Source: Penicillus capitatus (Eukaryota > Plantae > Chlorophyta). Taken from it: a stretch of 64,000 bases of DNA. The notes under the pieces were generated by a model. That model was not told the DNA's origin. It worked only from the letters and a program-made list of their open reading frames with translations, and ran no database searches. Shown one piece after another: positions 37,754 through 48,400 of this stretch. Both the position numbers and the translations under genes were made by a program. The DNA is taken from contig OZ287706.1 of NCBI GenBank assembly GCA_965649825.1, positions 62,001-126,000 on the forward strand. The letters are read 5' to 3'. Position 1 is the first letter of the stretch, and the number at the start of each line of letters is the position of its first letter.

Positions 37754-39139
37754 ATGCGTCAGGTTACCGAACGAACCGAGCCCCATTTTGCAGACAAAGA
37801 CGCCTTTAATGCGGCGTTTGTGGGGAGAGCAGCAGCTATCTCCAACTGTTTTCCTGCGAACAAAATGGTAGTTAGTGACGACGACAAGTGGCACGTTTTC
37901 AAGAGGACTCTGTTGGGCATGTGTTCGAACGCCGGAACGACTTCTGGGGAGCGTCTCGCAGGAGCGGCTAAGAAAAAATCAAAGACATGGCTTCAATTCG
38001 CGGAAAGGTTTGGCGTGTTAGCGGCTCAGTCGGGATTGGCAAGAGAGATGCAAATCAAGACTCTCTATGGAAAGCTGCCTGGTCACCTAAAGAGAGCGGT
38101 GTCAAGTTTGCCGACGACAACGATGATGAACGAAATGATCTTAATGATCAGAAACGTTACATTTTGGACTGGATCATCGCCTGCAGCTGAGGTGGACAGA
38201 GAAGCGATGGACGTTGACATGGTAGACATGTGCGACGGTATTGGATACGCAGTGCATAAGGTCGACAACTTTGGAAGAGGAGGTTTGACTCTAAGAGAGC
38301 TTTGCGATGCGATGAGAAGTGAGCTCACAAGGAATCCTCGTTTTGCGGGGATCGCTGAAGACATCTTGGGTCAATGGCGACAGAGAGGTCCGCAAGGACA
38401 ATATTCGAACAACCGTGGACCAAGGAGAACCGGGCCAAGAAGACCGGCCGGGAATAGACAATTCCAAGGGAACTGCTACCAGTGCGGTGAGTATGGTCAT
38501 TCTGCCAGTTCATGTAGGCAGCGCTCATACCAAATCCGAGAGGCCCAACCTGTGCACACCCATAATCAATTTGCACCACTCGCATTTTTGGAAGAGGAAG
38601 ATGAGAGGGAAGAAGGAGGGTCGGTATTGTCGCTGAGCGTTAGTCAAGGAAAGAAACCGTCGCCTCGTAAGGAAGAAGGCAAGGGCAAGAATGGAGGACA
38701 GGTCAAGTACATTGACTACCCCCGCGTAGATCAATCGTCCTCGAGTCGTCCACAGAAGGGAAAGGCATCACTAAAAGTGGTGACATACCTTGCCAATCGG
38801 CCAGAAAAGGAAAGCGCCTTGGTTGACACAGGAGCAGAAGTGTCTCTTCTCCCGCTCACGTATTGTCAACGATGGGGGATAAAGGTGAAAAGAGTGGAAA
38901 ATACACACCTTCGTGGTTTCAACAATTCGACTAGCCAAGTGACGGGTGAAGTAGTTTTGCCTATTCGTATTGGGGGGTGGAATCAAGCTATTCCATTTTA
39001 TGTGACCGATGCCACAAATAAGGTCATTCTGGGATACTCTGCTTTGAAAACTTTTGGAATCTCCGTGGATTGCTCTCATGACTGTTTGGTTGGAGGAGAT
39101 GGACACGTGGTCTTCTGCCACTCCGTCTCGTCAAACTAG
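37754..39139 (+). CDS. Gag-protease ORF of the LTR element (N-terminus probably in the 37599 frame, joined across a C7 run at 37736-37742)
   Basis: Zinc knuckle CYQCGEYGHSASSC; aspartic protease ALVDTGAEVSLL and VILGYSAL. Confidence 0.9.
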   Translation: MRQVTERTEPHFADKDAFNAAFVGRAAAISNCFPANKMVVSDDDKWHVFKRTLLGMCSNAGTTSGERLAGAAKKKSKTWLQFAERFGVLAAQSGLAREMQIKTLYGKLPGHLKRAVSSLPTTTMMNEMILMIRNVTFWTGSSPAAEVDREAMDVDMVDMCDGIGYAVHKVDNFGRGGLTLRELCDAMRSELTRNPRFAGIAEDILGQWRQRGPQGQYSNNRGPRRTGPRRPAGNRQFQGNCYQCGEYGHSASSCRQRSYQIREAQPVHTHNQFAPLAFLEEEDEREEGGSVLSLSVSQGKKPSPRKEEGKGKNGGQVKYIDYPRVDQSSSSRPQKGKASLKVVTYLANRPEKESALVDTGAEVSLLPLTYCQRWGIKVKRVENTHLRGFNNSTSQVTGEVVLPIRIGGWNQAIPFYVTDATNKVILGYSALKTFGISVDCSHDCLVGGDGHVVFCHSVSSN

Positions 39140-42100
39140 CTCCGCCAGGTCAAGGCGCTTCGCCTGGCGTGACGCTACGGGTTGACAGGAAACTCATATC
39201 TGGGTCGGAACCAAGTATTTCAAAAACATCTTTTGTTCTCAAATTAGGGAAGACGGTTTTTCTCGCTCCTTTTGAAAGCAGTTTAGTAGTGTTACCCGTG
39301 AGTGTGCATGGGGAAGGTTTGACGGGTCTCTTTTCTTGTTGTTTTCTTCGAGAAGTATCGGCCACTCCCATTCTTGGAAAAAACGGTCCGGTGTCGGTTC
39401 GATTGCACAATTTCTCTGATCGTCTTACCACTTTATCGCCGAAACTTAAAGTTGTCCGTGGGAATTTTTCTGGATCTGGAAGGATTTTGAACGACCCCCA
39501 ATTAGTAACACACGTTGGTAACACCCACCCAAACTCATCTGAGCGCCCAGATGATTATTCGGGATCGGAACAACTCTCCCTTTCTGATTGGCAATCTCGT
39601 TTTCCGCTTTTGTTTGCTGATAATATATCCGCTTATGCTACCTCGTCCACGCTCAAGGCTCTCGTGGTCCGAGCTGATGATTTGGTTTGGAAGTCTCCTA
39701 TACCTTTTTCCGATTTCGGCTCTCCGCCCTGTTTTACGGACTGCCCTTTCGATGCGGCACAAGCGGAAATAAGGTCTTTACTTTCTCGTGGAATTATTCA
39801 AGAAGTGCCTCGTTTTGACAGAGGTTATTTTTCTCCTGTGGTTTTTCTACGCAAGCCGGATGGTCGAGTACGACTCGTGGTGAATTTTCAGAAGCTCAAC
39901 AAATATTCTGAAGTGTGGAACTCTTATACGCCGGACACCCGAAATGCGGTCAGAGCGGTGGACCCTTCCTGGCGTATGTTTACTGTCTTGGATCTCCGTG
40001 ACGGGTATTTTCATATACCCGTTGACGCTTCTCTGAGTCGTCTGTTTTGTTTCTCTTGTTTTGGTCGCCGTTACCGCTTTGTGACACTCCCTCAATGTTG
40101 GGCATCGAGCGTCGGTTTTTTCAATGATAGGGTACGCCGCATTTTAGGCCACCTTCCGGCCACGGCTTATTTTGATGATATCATTGTTGGTGGTCACGAT
40201 CGTAAGTCGCACGAACGTAACTTGGAGGCAGTTTTGGCGGCACTTCAGTCGGCAGGAATGCATGTGAACACCAAAAAGGTACAATTCTGCAGACCCACGG
40301 ACAGTTTTTTGGGGTTTTTGCTTTCCGGGGATGCATTTCATCAACGTAACTACATCTCTAAACAACTAAGTCAGTTGCCCCTGGTTCGTTCAAAGAAGGA
40401 TTTGCAACGCATTCTTGGAATTTTTACTGCTTGTCGAGGTACTTGTCCTGGTCTGGGTCTGGCAATAGCGCCCCTTTACTCGTTTTTACAAAATTCGGTC
40501 CGGAAAATTGATTGGCCTTCAGTGCAAAACCAAGTTCGGGCTGTTGCCGCTCACTTGCTGAGGAACTCGTTATCTTTTCTGCGTTGTGTGGCGTCACCTG
40601 TTTTTCACATTGAAGTCGATTGGTCGGGAGCTGGGGCTCGATATCTCCTTTATGCCGGCCATAGATCGGAACGTCGTATTATTGCAACCAATTCTCGTGC
40701 TATACGTGGTTTCCCAGTTAGCTCTTTTTTAGGGGAATTAGATGCGATCGTCTGGTGTTTGCAGGATACGCTCCCACTTACTGTTGGCTGTCCGGTTCAT
40801 GTTTATACGGACTCTTTGAGTGCCCTACAAAGGCTACGAGCTCACGATGTTTGGCACAAATCGCGCACTGACCTCAGAATTGGCAGACGCCTTGGTTGGT
40901 TGTGGGAGAATTTTCCGCTTGATACTCGTTTGTTTTTACATTTCTTACCCTCTTCGGACAACTTTCTAGCCGATTTTCTATCACGATGGCCGACGTTAGC
41001 GCAACGGAAGGAAGTTGACCTGAATGCAATAAGGGGAGGAGATCAATACAATGAACGTTTAAGGAGAATTTCATAAGCACACGAAGGTCATTGGAGAACG
41101 AGAAAAACGATCTTGAACCTGAAGAGGGATGATGGACCTTGTTGGAAAGGCATGGAGAGTGAAGGTCGTAATTTTGTCGAGAATTGTCGGAAATGTCAAA
41201 TGTGGGGGCCTCCGCAACATAGAACAAGTTTGGGGGCGACACCAGTATCCAAAGTCGGGGAGGCTGTCGGAATAGATTTCGCCGGACCCCTACCAAGAGG
41301 GGATTTGGAAGGACCGAGATTCATCGTGCTCATGGTAGATTACCTTTCTCGGTGGATCGAGGCATGGTCCTGTGAGAGCCCTAGCAGTGAAGCGGCCATA
41401 AGGGCGTTGAATAAATGGAAACAAAGAAACGGTAGAATCGAAATGCTTGTTTCTGACAACGCACAGACATGGAATTCCAAGAGCGTAAAAAAATGGTGTG
41501 AAGAGAATGGAGTGAAGCAACGGCTGACGGCAAGCTACATGCCAAAATCAAATGGTATGTGTGAGAGACAGATCGGAGTACTGAAGGGAAGATTAAAAAG
41601 AATGTGTGAGACGCCTGAGGACTGGTCGAAGATTCTATCGATAGCTGTCAGAGTCATAAATAATTCAGTGAACGAGACAACATTACACAGTGCCGCAGAG
41701 CTTAAGATGGGATTGTCAAGAGACAGAAAGAGAGTTTCTCGAAGTGTACAAGAACAATGGATTTCCGAAGCACAAGAAAGGACAAAAAAAACAACAGTGG
41801 CAGTCGAATGAGACACGAAGGAGAAAATATGGAAACCGTAAAATCATCAGGATTGGTGATCATGTGTTAAGGCCAAGATCTAGATCAGATACAGCTACAT
41901 TAACCCCACCATGGGATGAAGAGCCATGTGTAGTGGTAGATGCCATTGGCAATCACATATGGCTGGTGGAGGGACTCCTATTTGGAACCGTTTCAAGAGT
42001 GCATGACGATCAACTAAGACACATCCCGCGTCAGACCACAGCGCAGCTGGAAGCGTGTCGGGATGGGATGATAAAGGCAAGTAATGAAGATCATTACTGA
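39082..42100 (+). CDS. Pol ORF (RT-RNaseH-integrase) in the -1 frame to gag-PR; in-frame TAA at 41074-41076 and a frameshift at the A8 run 41784-41791
   Basis: RT: LRKPDGRVRLVVNFQKLN, LDLRDGYFHIPV, YFDDII; RH: GELDAIVW, VYTDS, DNFLADFLSR; INT: HEGH..CRKC, VGIDFAGP, VSDNA, NGMCERQIG; GPY/F-like tail GDHVL..PW..VHDDQLR. Confidence 0.92.
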
Positions 42101-42236
42101 ACATCGTCCCGTGCTCAGCACGGTGGTAACATCACATCATGCGTATAAGTAAAAAGAGATTCGATTAGATTTGTAACTTCTGCGCACAAACTTTCTTTTA
42201 AGAACTTTACTGCGTCTTCTGAAGCAACGTTTAACA
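42056..42236 (+). repeat. 3' LTR (181 bp)
   Basis: Differs from the 5' LTR by 5 substitutions and a 4-bp indel (hand comparison). Confidence 0.95.
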
Positions 42237-43860
42237 CCAGGACACCAGCATTGTTGACTATCCAGTTGACCCATGGTTAGAAACTGAAACGTCGAAGGTA
42301 GAGGTTCACCTAGAACTTGTAACTGTCCATCAAATACATCCGCAACCTATCAGACCACGCGTTTGCTTAAGCAGATCGTCGGCCTCCAAAACCGAAACAC
42401 TCACTTGCTGCATGAGCTTCTTTAACAGTTCGGCATTAGTGACGTCACAGACACATCCCTAGATGAGACACAGATCGTCTTCCCTGCGGTTGCTTGCATG
42501 AAGAAGTTGACGTGAACATCATATCGTTCAGCCGCCATTCTCGAGAGAAGTTCGTCGAGAGCATCCTGCTTGCGTGCACAGACAAAGACCTAGAGCAACA
42601 TTGAGAGCACTCCAATCACATCTTTAGAGATTTGTCAATTTTGAAAAGGAAGGCGCTCACTCACCCTTGCACCCTTGGCAGCGAAGAACTCCACACAGGC
42701 ACGGCCAATTCCTTTAGATCCTCCCGTCACCAGACAAGTCAATCCTGCCAATTCCATTTTTGTAAAGACACGAGTCCGTTCGCGCTTAAATACCTACGCC
42801 GGCATTCGATCGATGCTTCTCGTGTCTCTGCTATTCGTACAACGACAATCACGACTAAATTACCTAATTCGGATCTGCTTAGTATACGAACAACTTCTGC
42901 GGCAGTGGAGACGTCTCGACGTATTGTAGGACATGACTGAGGCGACTCGCTGTCATGTCACACTTGAACACAGCAGACTCATGCAAGTAAAGGCACGCCA
43001 GAACTCAATCGAGGCAAAGGATCGTGGAATCTTGAGTGATCCGTGAGACACTTCGGAAGTCATTGAACACAACAAGGTCGGCGGAGTTAAGGAACATACC
43101 TCGTAGGAAATGCATACCGAGAAGGCGTGTCGTAAGACATGGCATAATGCAGGAAAGATGACAAGAAGATTCGCGTCAGTGCGCATTACGATTGCAAACA
43201 ACAGGAGTCATGCGCACTTCTAGGCTCAAATCGACAGACCCGTATCTTCCTATTATATCTATTATCGGGCGAAGATGAAGCTTCTCCGCGATATCCAAGG
43301 AAACAAGCAGCATTGACCGATCTATTCCTTCAAGAAATTTTTAAACATTTTTCTGAAGCTGTCCTCCTCATGTAAAAGATATACTGAGATCTCTGTCAGG
43401 TGATGCCGCATCAGCGACTATCTTTATCTGTTTGTGCGTGGACATCATTAGAATTACGGTCGCATGTGAGAAATGGGGGGCACGGAACCGAGGCATCCTG
43501 TTTTACTGAAAGCACTAAAAAGAGGTTCACAGCTTTTTCATTCGAATTCTACCTCAAGGGACTATCCCAGTGAGCAAATTCATTAGTAAGCGCGTTAGCA
43601 ATAGGCAAGAATTTGGCAAATCTCTCACTTACGAGTTATGTAAGGTGGACGGACTGACTGAATGAGATACCCGATGGACAGGCAGGTAATGTGTTGCAAA
43701 AGAATAGAACAGATTCCATGTTTGGCAACTAATGGATAACACTTTGAAATGGTCAATCCACTCTATTGCCAGGTTACTGCAATTGAAGTCTTTTCATTTT
43801 TCGTTTGATGATGTATCGAGATTACAAGTCATTCAACTTATCGAAGAAAAGGATCTTTTG

Positions 43861-45435
43861 ATGGAACGTTCATCACCATCGCGAACGCGCGCAAAGACGA
43901 AGGTCAAGGGCAGAAACAAGCCACCAGACGCCGTACCGGCGGAACCACAACTCCCGCCCGACTTCCCAAGACGCCTGGTTCAGCGCGCAGCCCACGGACC
44001 AGACTTCCGAAGGTTTGCCCGAGACAACGTGGATGTCCTCCCGCTCGTCGACAGGGACACGCTGAATTCCGTCATCTCGGCAGTGCACCAGCCGGACTGG
44101 CAGATCCCGAAAGCAGAACTGCCCTCCCTTGGTATTGAAGGACTGCTGGGAGCTCTCCAACAGTATCTGCGCAGCTATCAAGATGCCGACTCGAAGTGGG
44201 AAGCGGAACAAGATCAGACGTCAGAGGAGGATGAAGAGGACAAAATGAGTGGAATCTCGGCGCATACCGAGAAGAGCCCCCAAGGCTCGACGGCCGCACA
44301 GCTGGAGGTCCATGTCGAGCCCCAGCGCAACCCGGCGGCACGGAAAGGAACCCCGTACTACTCGTTTGGCAGCTGGTCAGGAGAAATACACGCAGGCATG
44401 AAACTGGCGAGGGAAGCGCTCCAAAGCCAGCTTCAAATGCTCAACCTCCTGGCGGAAGGCCATGAACCCTCGGCCGCAGACATCAACAATCTCGCCCAGC
44501 TCGCCGCGGGCGCTCTGGGCATGATCAACGGGTTGGCCAGTGGCTGTGACTTAATGCTCGACCGCTACAAAGAATGCCGAGTCACAGCAGTCCCCAAGGC
44601 AGCCGCCGAAGCGCACCCGGAATCACGCGTCGCTGGGGAGATCCCGCGCAGACGACCCCCTGCACCTCACTCTGGTAAACTGCTCTCATACAAAGACGCC
44701 GCCACCTCCGCTTCAACGTCATCCCCAACACCCCAGACTGATGACAATCGGTCCGAGATGCTCCGCCGTCGTCGCGAAGTCTTCGGAGAGCTTAAAAAGG
44801 CCAACAGAGCAGATGAACGAGCCTTCCGGCTGCTCCAACCATCTAATCGTCTCCCGATGGCACTCGGCCTGGTAGGCAAAGCGTTCCTGGAGGGCATCAA
44901 ATGGAACCCGTCGGAAGCCTCCCCAATTGAAGACATCAGAAAGGATCCGCGTGGAAACTTCTACGTACAAATCAAACGCTCACAGTTCAGACTCGTCACC
45001 AAAAGAGTTCAAGAAAACCGCAATGAGGAACAAAGCATTGATCTGCCATCTCTGGGCCCCACCCTCATCAAGGACCCCCGGAAATGTGAACGAGCTGGCT
45101 TGACACCGGCAGCCCTCACCAGAATACACCAAGACTGGACCCTCGACCACGCCGCGGAGGAAATCTGGGCATCCAACAAGGACAGATGGCAGCTAGGTCC
45201 CCACGCAACCCGCCAAGACCATATCATCCTGGAGCGTCGCCTCGCTCGCAGAGACCCGAACTCAGAAGACCCCTCGGTCCGAATTCCAAGCCAAACAATC
45301 AAGATCTGGCTTTCAAAAGAACTGGCCGCCCAGATCGAACGAGACGGTTGCGCCGTCAGATTCGACTACCAGTTACATGAGGTGCGGCGTTTCGAGGACA
45401 CACCAAGTCGCCAACAGGCGACCCGCTCATTATGA
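43861..45435 (+). CDS. LINE ORF1 (about 524 aa), no recognisable zinc knuckle
   Basis: Long ORF directly upstream of ORF2; its TGA overlaps the ORF2 ATG (ATGA 45432-45435). Confidence 0.85.
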   Translation: MERSSPSRTRAKTKVKGRNKPPDAVPAEPQLPPDFPRRLVQRAAHGPDFRRFARDNVDVLPLVDRDTLNSVISAVHQPDWQIPKAELPSLGIEGLLGALQQYLRSYQDADSKWEAEQDQTSEEDEEDKMSGISAHTEKSPQGSTAAQLEVHVEPQRNPAARKGTPYYSFGSWSGEIHAGMKLAREALQSQLQMLNLLAEGHEPSAADINNLAQLAAGALGMINGLASGCDLMLDRYKECRVTAVPKAAAEAHPESRVAGEIPRRRPPAPHSGKLLSYKDAATSASTSSPTPQTDDNRSEMLRRRREVFGELKKANRADERAFRLLQPSNRLPMALGLVGKAFLEGIKWNPSEASPIEDIRKDPRGNFYVQIKRSQFRLVTKRVQENRNEEQSIDLPSLGPTLIKDPRKCERAGLTPAALTRIHQDWTLDHAAEEIWASNKDRWQLGPHATRQDHIILERRLARRDPNSEDPSVRIPSQTIKIWLSKELAAQIERDGCAVRFDYQLHEVRRFEDTPSRQQATRSL

Positions 45436-48400
45436 GCAGCTCATCCTCAGCCGACACAGCTCTCAATCGTGATCACCCGCAAAGCATCCAGACGCCGCTC
45501 CCTCCACAATGGACTCATTGGCAGATAAATATGCACGGATCACAACAAGCCATGGACATCCTCTCGAAACACATCGCGGATGAAGAAGTTGATATAATCA
45601 GCGTCTCCGACCCAGCATGGGTACTGCGAAGGGGCTGGGCCCCGCCGGGCTATGTCTCAGTCCGCCCACAGATCCAGAAGGAAGAAGACATTCTGGCGCT
45701 CCTTCTCATCAAGGCCCACCTGGCATTCAAGACTCTTTTCTCACCCGACGCCCGAGTTGCTGGTGTTGCCTTTAGGTCAAGTCGAAAGGACTGGTTCTTC
45801 CTCTCAGTATACATCCAACCGAACACCGGCATAGGTTTCGAAACAATTTCCACGCTGCTGAGAAACACACACAACTCGCAACAAATCTGGTTCATTGCCG
45901 GAGATTTTAACTCAAGACACCCGCAATGGGGCCCGGAGGACACACCTGAAACCAACAAGGCAGCCAGCATTCTAGATCTCTGTGACGACTTCCACCTCTC
46001 AATTCTCAACGAGTACCCCTGCCCTCCTACTTTCCGATCGTCAAATGGACAGAGCTGGATTGATCTGACTCTCTGTTCCCAAAACCTGGCTGGAACATCG
46101 ACGTGGACGGTCAGAGAAGACCTCCCCTCGCTCTCGGACCACCAGATTGTGGAAACCAAGTTATGGCACTGCAGCCGTCCCCCCAAGGACGCGTCCAGGC
46201 AGAACTGGCGGAAGGCCGACTGGCCCGCCATCCGTAACTCCGTTAAGGAGGCGCTGGAAGGCTTCCCAGAAGCAAAGCACTGGCGGACACTCAACTCCAG
46301 CGAGGCCTTCGAAAGTCACTCGAAATCACTCATTGAACTGCTCCAGGAGGCTGCCAGACCACACGTGCCCCTCTCAGGAGCTCGAAAACCAAGGAAGCAC
46401 TGGTGGAACGATGAGTTAGACCAGCTTTACAGGGCACTCAAAAGAGCCCTCCGCCGCAGAGAGAAACACAGAAGCCGCTTCGGTTGGACACCAGCCTGCC
46501 TTGAAGATGCAGTGTCCGAAGCTAAAGCACACCTCAAGCACGCCATCCGGAAGAACAAACGCGAGGCCTGGAGGGAATTCCTAGCCAACAACTCTGAAAC
46601 TCAGTCGGACATGTGGCGAACAGTCAGAAGAATCACCCAGGCACAAAAGCGACCAGCGCTGGATTTTGTGCAGAATCATCATGGAGAAATCCTACATGAC
46701 CCAGCAGACATTGCGGCGGCTCTTCAAGCAAAGTTCTTCCCGACACCGGAAGACGCTCCCCAAGACAGCGAATACACAACAGCAACGCCTCTGCCTCGAA
46801 GGCATGCCGAAGATACACCACAGGTCTCCGATCTAGAAGCTCGGAAAGCCTTTGGCGGCGGGCGCCCCTTAGCGGCCCCGGGGCCGGATGGCCTTCCCAA
46901 GGCAATCTACCAGAGATGCATGCTCAGCCTCAGTCCACAACTCAAGGAACTCGCCTCAGCTAGCCTCCGACTCGGCATCTGCCCCCATCACTGGAAGCTC
47001 TCTCAGGTCATAGCCCTCCACAAGGGTAACAACCCAGGACATGAGGTCGGCAAACTACGGCCCATCAGTCTCTTAAACACGCTGGCAAAAGGCATGGAGA
47101 CACTCGTGGCTTCACGGCTGAAGTACTGGTCAGAGATAAACATGATCCTGGATCCCTTTCAGTTCGGTTTCAGACCTGCAAAAAGCACAACAGATGCTTT
47201 GCTCACGGCTTCGGATTGGATTGCAGAACACACGCAAAGAGGCGACATTGTCTACGGTGTTGCTCTTGATCTTGTTGCGGCCTTTGACTCCATCAGCCGG
47301 GCATACCTGGTCCAAACGCTCAGACGATTAGAAGCCCCCCCCCGTATCTGATTCATTGGTGCAGCTCCTTTCTTCTGGACCGCAAGGCAGAACTGCAGAT
47401 CTCCGACATCACCTTCACCTCGACGACACGCGCCGGCGTCCCACAGGGATCTCCCTTGAGTCCGCTGCTGTTCATCTTAGGGGTCAATGCGGCCCTGCAG
47501 ATCCGAAAGGACACAGATGTGCACCTACAGGCGTATGCAGACGACATCCTCCTCCTATGCAGCGCGCAATCGGAAGAACTAGCCCGCCACAAAGCGCAGA
47601 AGACCTTGGACCAACTGGTGGAATGGAGCCGCAAAGCTGGAATGCAGTTCTCAGAAAAGAAATGCCTGGCGATAAGATTCCAAGCAAAGGTCAGACGAAC
47701 AGAGATGCTCCCGCTGTATCTGGGTCCGGTCAAGCTTAGAGCAGTCAAGAGCTGCAGATACCTAGGGATGATCCTGGACGAAAGACTCACTTGGAAACCA
47801 CACCTGCAATTTGTCCAACAGCGCGCCCGGGATCGCCTGGCAGTCATCAGGAAGTTTTCAGCCAAGACCTGGGGTTTCTCACCGGAAGCTATGTGGCAAC
47901 TCACGACCAAGGCTCTGGAACCCGCACTGTACTACGGAGTAGAAGCTCTGAGCCGCTTCCAAGACTCCCCCCAACATCTGACCATCCTCAACCGAGTCGT
48001 TCGCCAAGCGGGCCTCCTGATCTCGGGCTGCCTGAGAACGACCTCCTACGAAGCAGTGTTCGCCCTGGCTGGCCTCCTCCCGGCGCAAATGGAAATCAGA
48101 CGCAGAATTCTCTACTGGCACCTTAAGAAGGACAGGGGAAAAATACCCCCGATGGTCTCCGAACTGCACTCAGACAACCGCAAAGATCCTGGCCCACTCC
48201 GCCGCAGACTGACTGCCGGACAATGGCACCGGAACCTCGCAATCAAAGAGCAGCTGGAACTTCCACCGATGAAGCTGTGCAGTTTTTCCCCAGAGCTGGC
48301 GGGCTTCCTGGAAGCAAACGTAGAGGAAGATCATCGCCCAGAATGGATACTTGCAGTGGCAGAAGCGGACCTGAACTCCACAGACGGAACAAAAACGGCC

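Larger units (their letters stand above)
37424..42236 (+). mobile_element. Full-length Ty3/gypsy LTR retrotransposon with 5-bp TSD (ccagg)
   Basis: TG...CA LTRs 37424-37608 and 42056-42236; ccagg at 37419-37423 and 42237-42241; empty site ttggaaaccaggacacc in copy F; order gag-PR-RT-RH-INT. Confidence 0.97.
36726..42757 (-). pseudogene. SDR copy B (second subtype), split inside the VNNAG exon by the LTR element; also a 1-nt deletion near the C-terminus
   Basis: 5' exons 42242-42757 and 3' exons 36726-37423 match copy F; tgaccccgtc (4 C) here versus tgacccccgtc (5 C) in F shifts the last codons. Confidence 0.9.

Noticed and set aside
39134-39172. Stop-codon readthrough from gag-PR into pol
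   Set aside because: A second stop (TGA) follows 10 codons later in that frame, and pol is in the -1 frame.
39150-41296. Antisense gene on the A-rich minus strand of RT-RH
   Set aside because: The minus ORFs are short and discontinuous; three are in register with pol codons and are expected when sense codons end in T and TTA/CTA/TCA are rare.
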